Positions 58,718 through 64,000 of a stretch of 64,000 nucleotides of DNA are shown piece by piece. The stretch comes from Anthoceros angustus (Eukaryota; Plantae; Anthocerotophyta). The stretch covers positions 558,001-622,000 of the forward strand of contig MU008181.1 in NCBI GenBank assembly GCA_010909165.1. Direction: 5' to 3'. Every line of letters begins with the position of its first letter. Position 1 is the stretch's first letter. A program made the translations under genes and the position numbers. The notes beneath the pieces are model-generated. The model made no database searches. It was not told the DNA's origin and saw only the letters and a list, made by a program, of their open reading frames with translations.

Positions 58718-61700
58718 GGCTTCAAGCTTCCCTCGAATTCCGAGCCAACGAGTACAGAAAGCACAACCAGAAAACAATCGGAAAATTCATTATCCAAATA
58801 CACAAAGTTGTTTAAATCATCATGCACTTCTTCTTCTAGAGACACTATATGCGATTTGCAGAGCGGCCCTTTCATACTCGTAAGAAGCAGTTTACTTGTG
58901 AAGCCGGTATCGTTGAAGCCCTTGAACTGGACGTCGAAGAGGAGGATGAGGATGGGGGTGATCGCAGGCAGCATCACAAATAAACTGGCAAGGATCATGC
59001 TGAACTGAACAAGCTGCATCATGAGTTAGCAAGGCAGTGGCAGCAGGTAGTTGGTACGAAGAGAAGGCGTGTCAACCAGGCGAGAAGTTCCTTTAAAAAT
59101 TGGCCAGAAGACAATGGAGCCTCTTCCGGAATTTCGGAAGTCTGGAAGTAGTGGAAGGAGGAAGCATGTACATGGCATCTGCCGCGACCGTGTGACTAAC
59201 TCCCGACCTATTCCGTCCCGACAGGTTCGTCGAATAGAATTTTTTCATACTAGTGATTTGTCAAATTGGTATTTTCACCTACCAGTTGGCCACTTGAGTT
59301 TCAGCGTTCCACGACTAGGTACCTAGTTTGCACAATTTTCGATTTAATAGGATATATATGAAAGGTTGTTTAGGAGTTGTGGGACTTGGCGCAGGCCGGA
59401 CATCGAAGTCAAAGGAAAACCTTCGAGGTACGGGTGTGACGTCGAAGGAAAACCCTTCGAGGCACCGATGTTTAGAGCAGGCTGCAAGAGGGTGGCAAGA
59501 GTACCCGTACGGGCATGACTTTGGCTGATTTTTTGCCGTAGAATATTATATGTAATTAATTTTTTTTCCTCTTATATCTCATCCCCATGCGATCTTGCAT
59601 CTACAATTTCAATATATAAACTTTTGAGCCAAGTATTTATATAAAAATTGGTGCATCAACGGTTAGGGAATTCATTGGTCCCCTTGTCTGAAAACCAAGT
59701 TGAGCTCCCTCTCTTGTCATTACCAATAACAGCCAGGAAGGTGGCATAAACTACATCATCTATATCTTGGTTAGTTGCAATATGAACTCGGGCGACTCGC
59801 CGACGAGGGGTGGAAGGAGGTATTGGGCGAGATAGAGCCGTCTCCGAATAGGGTGAATGAAGAGACGACCAAAAACCCCCCACATCGAGCATGCATCTCA
59901 CTCGTGTCCAGCATGAGAGCACGTCAAGCCAGCATGTTGCAAACAAGACGTGGGCATCAATGGGACGGTGGGGCCAGCTGGCCTAGAGGAGATCCTCCCT
60001 GAACCCACGGACAATATTCGTCATGTGGTTGGATACGATTTCGTGCTGGAGTCTAGTTCCACGTCATCTTGACGGCCCGTCTATGGAAAACTTTTTCTCC
60101 AAGATTGCTCGTGTACGCCGGCAATCCTGGACAACCAGCTTGAAAGTTCTCAACCTTCAACTTGAGTCCTTGGATGAAGAAGTCCAGACCTTACGTCGAC
60201 GAACGAGTGGAACAATTCACTGGAAGATGAGAGGACCATCTGCGTCCTCGCTTGGTGTCGTTGGAAGCTCCAAGCACGGATGAAGCAAGTGGGGAAGGGG
60301 CAACAGCCCATAAGGAAATAACTCAGATTGAAAATAAAGGACTAGTCTACATCACAACAATAAGGGTAGCGACCTACAAGGGTGGTCCACAGCTGGCGAA
60401 GGGAGGACATGGCGAGGTGACACACTCGAGAGTGAAGCCACTCCACCACCCGCCCATGAAGGTCGTGAAAGAGAATCCCCTTCAAGGAGACAAACTCCCG
60501 ATTGGCTGACAACCTGCTGGTTAAGTACTTAAGACTGGTTTGGCAGGTACGAAGGAAGGTGTAGCAATCCTCTGAGATAGAGGGAATTCCATCCGTATAT
60601 GAAATTTCCTGAAGAGCTCGAAAATCCGCCTCATCGGCACACAACACATCAAAATGGTGGGGGGACTTCTCTATGCGGACAAGCAGAAAATGGCTGTGGA
60701 TTCTGGTTTCTATAGATGTTTGCTTTCTGGCATATGTAACTATCAGGCACATGTGAATCTCCTTTTTCCCCTGAACATATTAAGTATGCCACATCAATTA
60801 ACTCACCTGTAGGTAAGTATTATTTAGGGACCATATATCCTCCTTCTTCAGGTATTATATAGGGGCCAGAAACTCTCAGTATAGGAGTCCCCACACATTT
60901 ATTAGTTCGTGCCAAGAATGAACTTAGTAAGTTAACTCATAGCAAAGGAGAAATAAGAAATGCATATGTGGTTAGCAATTATATTAGGAACTTATCAGCC
61001 ATAGTAGCTTCCCCTGGTAATTTTAGCTTTTTTTCATTATGCTCCTTCCTTTCAGGGAAACAGCCTAGCCACTTATGCCCCACATCTGCCACATGGCTGT
61101 AATTTGTGAGTTTGCCCAATTCTTGCCACAATCCTGTCCATCGTAGACTACACAAAGGAACAGATCATTCACCAGCTCCTGGAGCTTCTCTACAGCAAAG
61201 GGATCAATACATATATTAGTTTGGAGACATCTTTCTCTCTAGCTCGGTCTTCCCTCACAGATATCCTCAGAGTCTTATATGGGGTGAAGGATAGCTGTTC
61301 TAGGCCACTCTTCACGTCTTTTAGGAGCGGTTGATTCTTTTATATTTGTGTAGTGAACAGTGGCAAGGAAAAATAAAGGTTAAAGATATGCTATTAGTTA
61401 CCATAACCAGTTTTGCAGGCATGGGAACTCTTACGTTTATTTTCAACTGTTGGTGCCTCCTCCAGATCGTCATCAAATGCATCATAGCCAATTGCATCTT
61501 CAAATGATGAGGACAAGTCTACTACTGTAGGAAAATGCACACTCTGGTTGGATATTGAGCACTGCGGCGATATCTCTACCCTTCATGCAAGCAGGTTTCT
61601 TTGGTTGTTGGCAGCTGATGTCAAGGTCTGTAAACTCGGGGCAGTCTCGGATCCATACGACAGACTTGCTTCCCTTTCCTCACGGTGACCAGTTCGCATT

Positions 61701-62759
61701 TTATCCAGAAACCCTATGGCAGAAGTTGCAAGCACCACAGGCATCAATTTGGGCTCAACCTTCTTTATTTCACAAATGTGATCAGCAGTGACTGCTAATA
61801 TGGTGCTAGAGCCTTCTCTTGCTTACCTTACACAGGGACTCATGCTCACTGGAGCGAAATTGCAGATCAATTCTTAGTACCAGGTGCAAGATGAGACATT
61901 ACCCTAAACAATAAGAGGCCTGCGCAGCGCAGCCGTAGGGAGCGCGGGCGTGTGTAGTGGCATCGTAGGCCCAACGCGCGGCAGCATGGTGCGCGCAGGG
62001 CGCTATGGCCCCTTTCCTGATCCGCGTGCATGCGCTAGTGCTCTGGGCGCCATAGCCATGTGCTCACATTTTTTAGATGTGTGTTTGGCTTATTTTCTCT
62101 CCTATTGAATGTAATAGATAGTGCAAAAGAGTGATCCCAGTCGGTTCAAAACCCAAGGATGTGTTAATTAATCAATTGATTTATTGATTGATTGATGAAT
62201 TTATTTTCTTTTCCTTCCATTTTGGTAGATCACTTGAGGTCAAGATCCAAGGACATAACTATATGCTATATATGGATGTCATAATGGAAAAGACTATCAT
62301 AAAAAGTGGTTACACTTCTAAGATAGAATGTTATACATGCATGTCATAGTATGAAAGACTACCATAAAGAGTGATTCCTCACTTGAGATACTATGCTATA
62401 TATATGTATATCATAGTAGGAAAGACGATATATCATATAAAGTGAGGTTACAGTTCTTGCAAAAATTTAACACTTGTTCTTGCAGCAACCAATTTGATAG
62501 TTCAAAATAAAATCAAAACAAAACTCCTTGAACTTTCTAAAGCCATTGCTGGGTCTTAGAAGTAATGCATGTGATGAGGATAGCAATGGAAAAGAAAGCA
62601 AGAAGCCTATGAAAGGGTACATAGTTGTGGAGGTGAGGATGAAAGGATTAGGTTTCCTCTTTCAATAGACGAGCTCAACCATGCCTTGGTCAAGCCCTTA
62701 TTAGACTATATGGAGGCTGAGTTTGGCTTTCTTCAAAAAGGCAACTTGCATATTCCTTG

Positions 62760-62845
62760 CAACGTAGAGTTGTTCAAGAGATTGCTTCAATTTATCAGGA
62801 GCAATGTAGAGTTGTTCAAAAGATTGCTTCAATTTCTCAGGAGTA
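62760..62845. repeat. 42-bp tandem duplication, slightly diverged
   Basis: AA[CT]GTAGAGTTGTTCAA[GA]AGATTGCTTCAATTT[AC]TCAGGAG occurs twice. Confidence 0.9.
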
Positions 62846-63647
62846 AGCCACCGATACCAACTTCAACCTATCAAAGCATTCTTCATTATCATTGCAGACG
62901 GAAGTTGGCTTTATGTCAGTCAAATTTGGGCGATGAGAAAAAATTTATTAAGTAGATTCCTATTTCATAATGTTGTAGTCCCTAGTAGTTGGCACACGTA
63001 ATGATGGGAGAATATGCAAACATGAGAGTCAAGGTTGGAGGAATATGTGGACGGTGTGTCAAATATGCTTAATTTCAACTCATCTGAAAAGTTAGCTTAG
63101 CCATAACTTTATTACTTTATTTCCAAAACGAACCTCGCAGACAAATATGAAGGTAGAAAATTGTAAGTTAGATTTTTAAGTTCCAAGATTTCATCGAGGG
63201 TACGAGCAGACAGCACTCCATCACTTCCATGACGAACTACTACCACATGTGTGGTAGATCTACTAGGCCAAGCAAGAGAACTTGACGAGGTAGGAGCTCT
63301 CACAAGATCATAGTGAGTGGGAGTGATAAAATTCTTTATTAATTAGGACACCTAGAAATCCCTAGACTTAAGTAATTTTACTTTGTGGTGGTTACAACTA
63401 CTTACAACCACCCTTACTTTATAACACTTGTATATTCTATGATTCTAATGAATCAATGTTAGAAACTTTTTGAGCAAGTGTATGATTCTCATTAGTGGAA
63501 TACCTCCCAAGCAAGATGTAAGAGAACCGTCTCTACACCTCTTAGCTCATACGCCAGACACCTTTTCCCATGGGCATACCTTAAAGAGGACTCAATAACA
63601 GGGATAACTTGATAGAGCGAAGAGCCATAAGCTCCATACAGGAACTG

Positions 63648-63755
63648 GCTTGTGGGTACAATCAAAGGCTGCTCTCTTATAGCTTGTGGGTACAATCAAA
63701 GGCTGCTCTCTTATAGCTTGTGGGTACAATCAAATCAAAGGCTGCTCTCTTATAG
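63648..63755. repeat. 34-bp tandem repeat, 3 copies
   Basis: GCTTGTGGGTACAATCAAAGGCTGCTCTCTTATA. Confidence 0.95.
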
Positions 63756-64000
63756 CAAGGCCTGCTGCAAACTTCAAAAATGCATACGTAGTGCTCTGCC
63801 CCCATCCAACTCCTAAGGTCTCCTTGTACTGGAAAGTCCATTGCACGCCCGTCAGCCTCCTAACTTTAGTAGTCCACCTCCATAGCGCGCACACCAAGGC
63901 AAGGTGATTGGCCCGAACTATCTTTTCTTCTAACAGTCCCTTGAACAACGAGAGAATCTGTCAAGCCAAAATGAACACTTAGTTCTGCAACATCAGCACA

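Overview
This is eukaryotic, land-plant nuclear DNA, not a prokaryote. The short GT-AG introns and the transposon types suggest a bryophyte-grade genome (a hornwort is plausible; this is inference). About 1-21 kb is decayed retroelements: two Ty3/gypsy remnants, the second with a PHD finger after the integrase, plus a MULE-SWIM relic. About 22-41.5 kb is a rearranged accessory island. A 10.4-kb TIR element with a MULE-SWIM transposase and a 15-bp target duplication sits in the repeat-array upstream region of a GNA/bulb-type lectin gene and carries a nested 3.6-kb MULE with a perfect 9-bp TSD. It is followed by three tandem lectin copies, one intact intronless SABATH methyltransferase among five SABATH fragments (one inverted), and a deleted lectin paralog. 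About 42-59 kb is conserved gene space: TBCE/PFI, tRNA-Arg(CCU) followed by a 5'-truncated LINE, a PRLI-interacting factor A-like gene with HEXIM-like motif order, and a HEIP1 orthologue whose diagnostic N-terminus is split over micro-exons. Repeated copies carry many homopolymer indels while the checked single-copy ORFs are clean, so some frameshifts and tandem duplications may be long-read assembly artefacts. No CRISPR, rRNA or bacterial operon was found.
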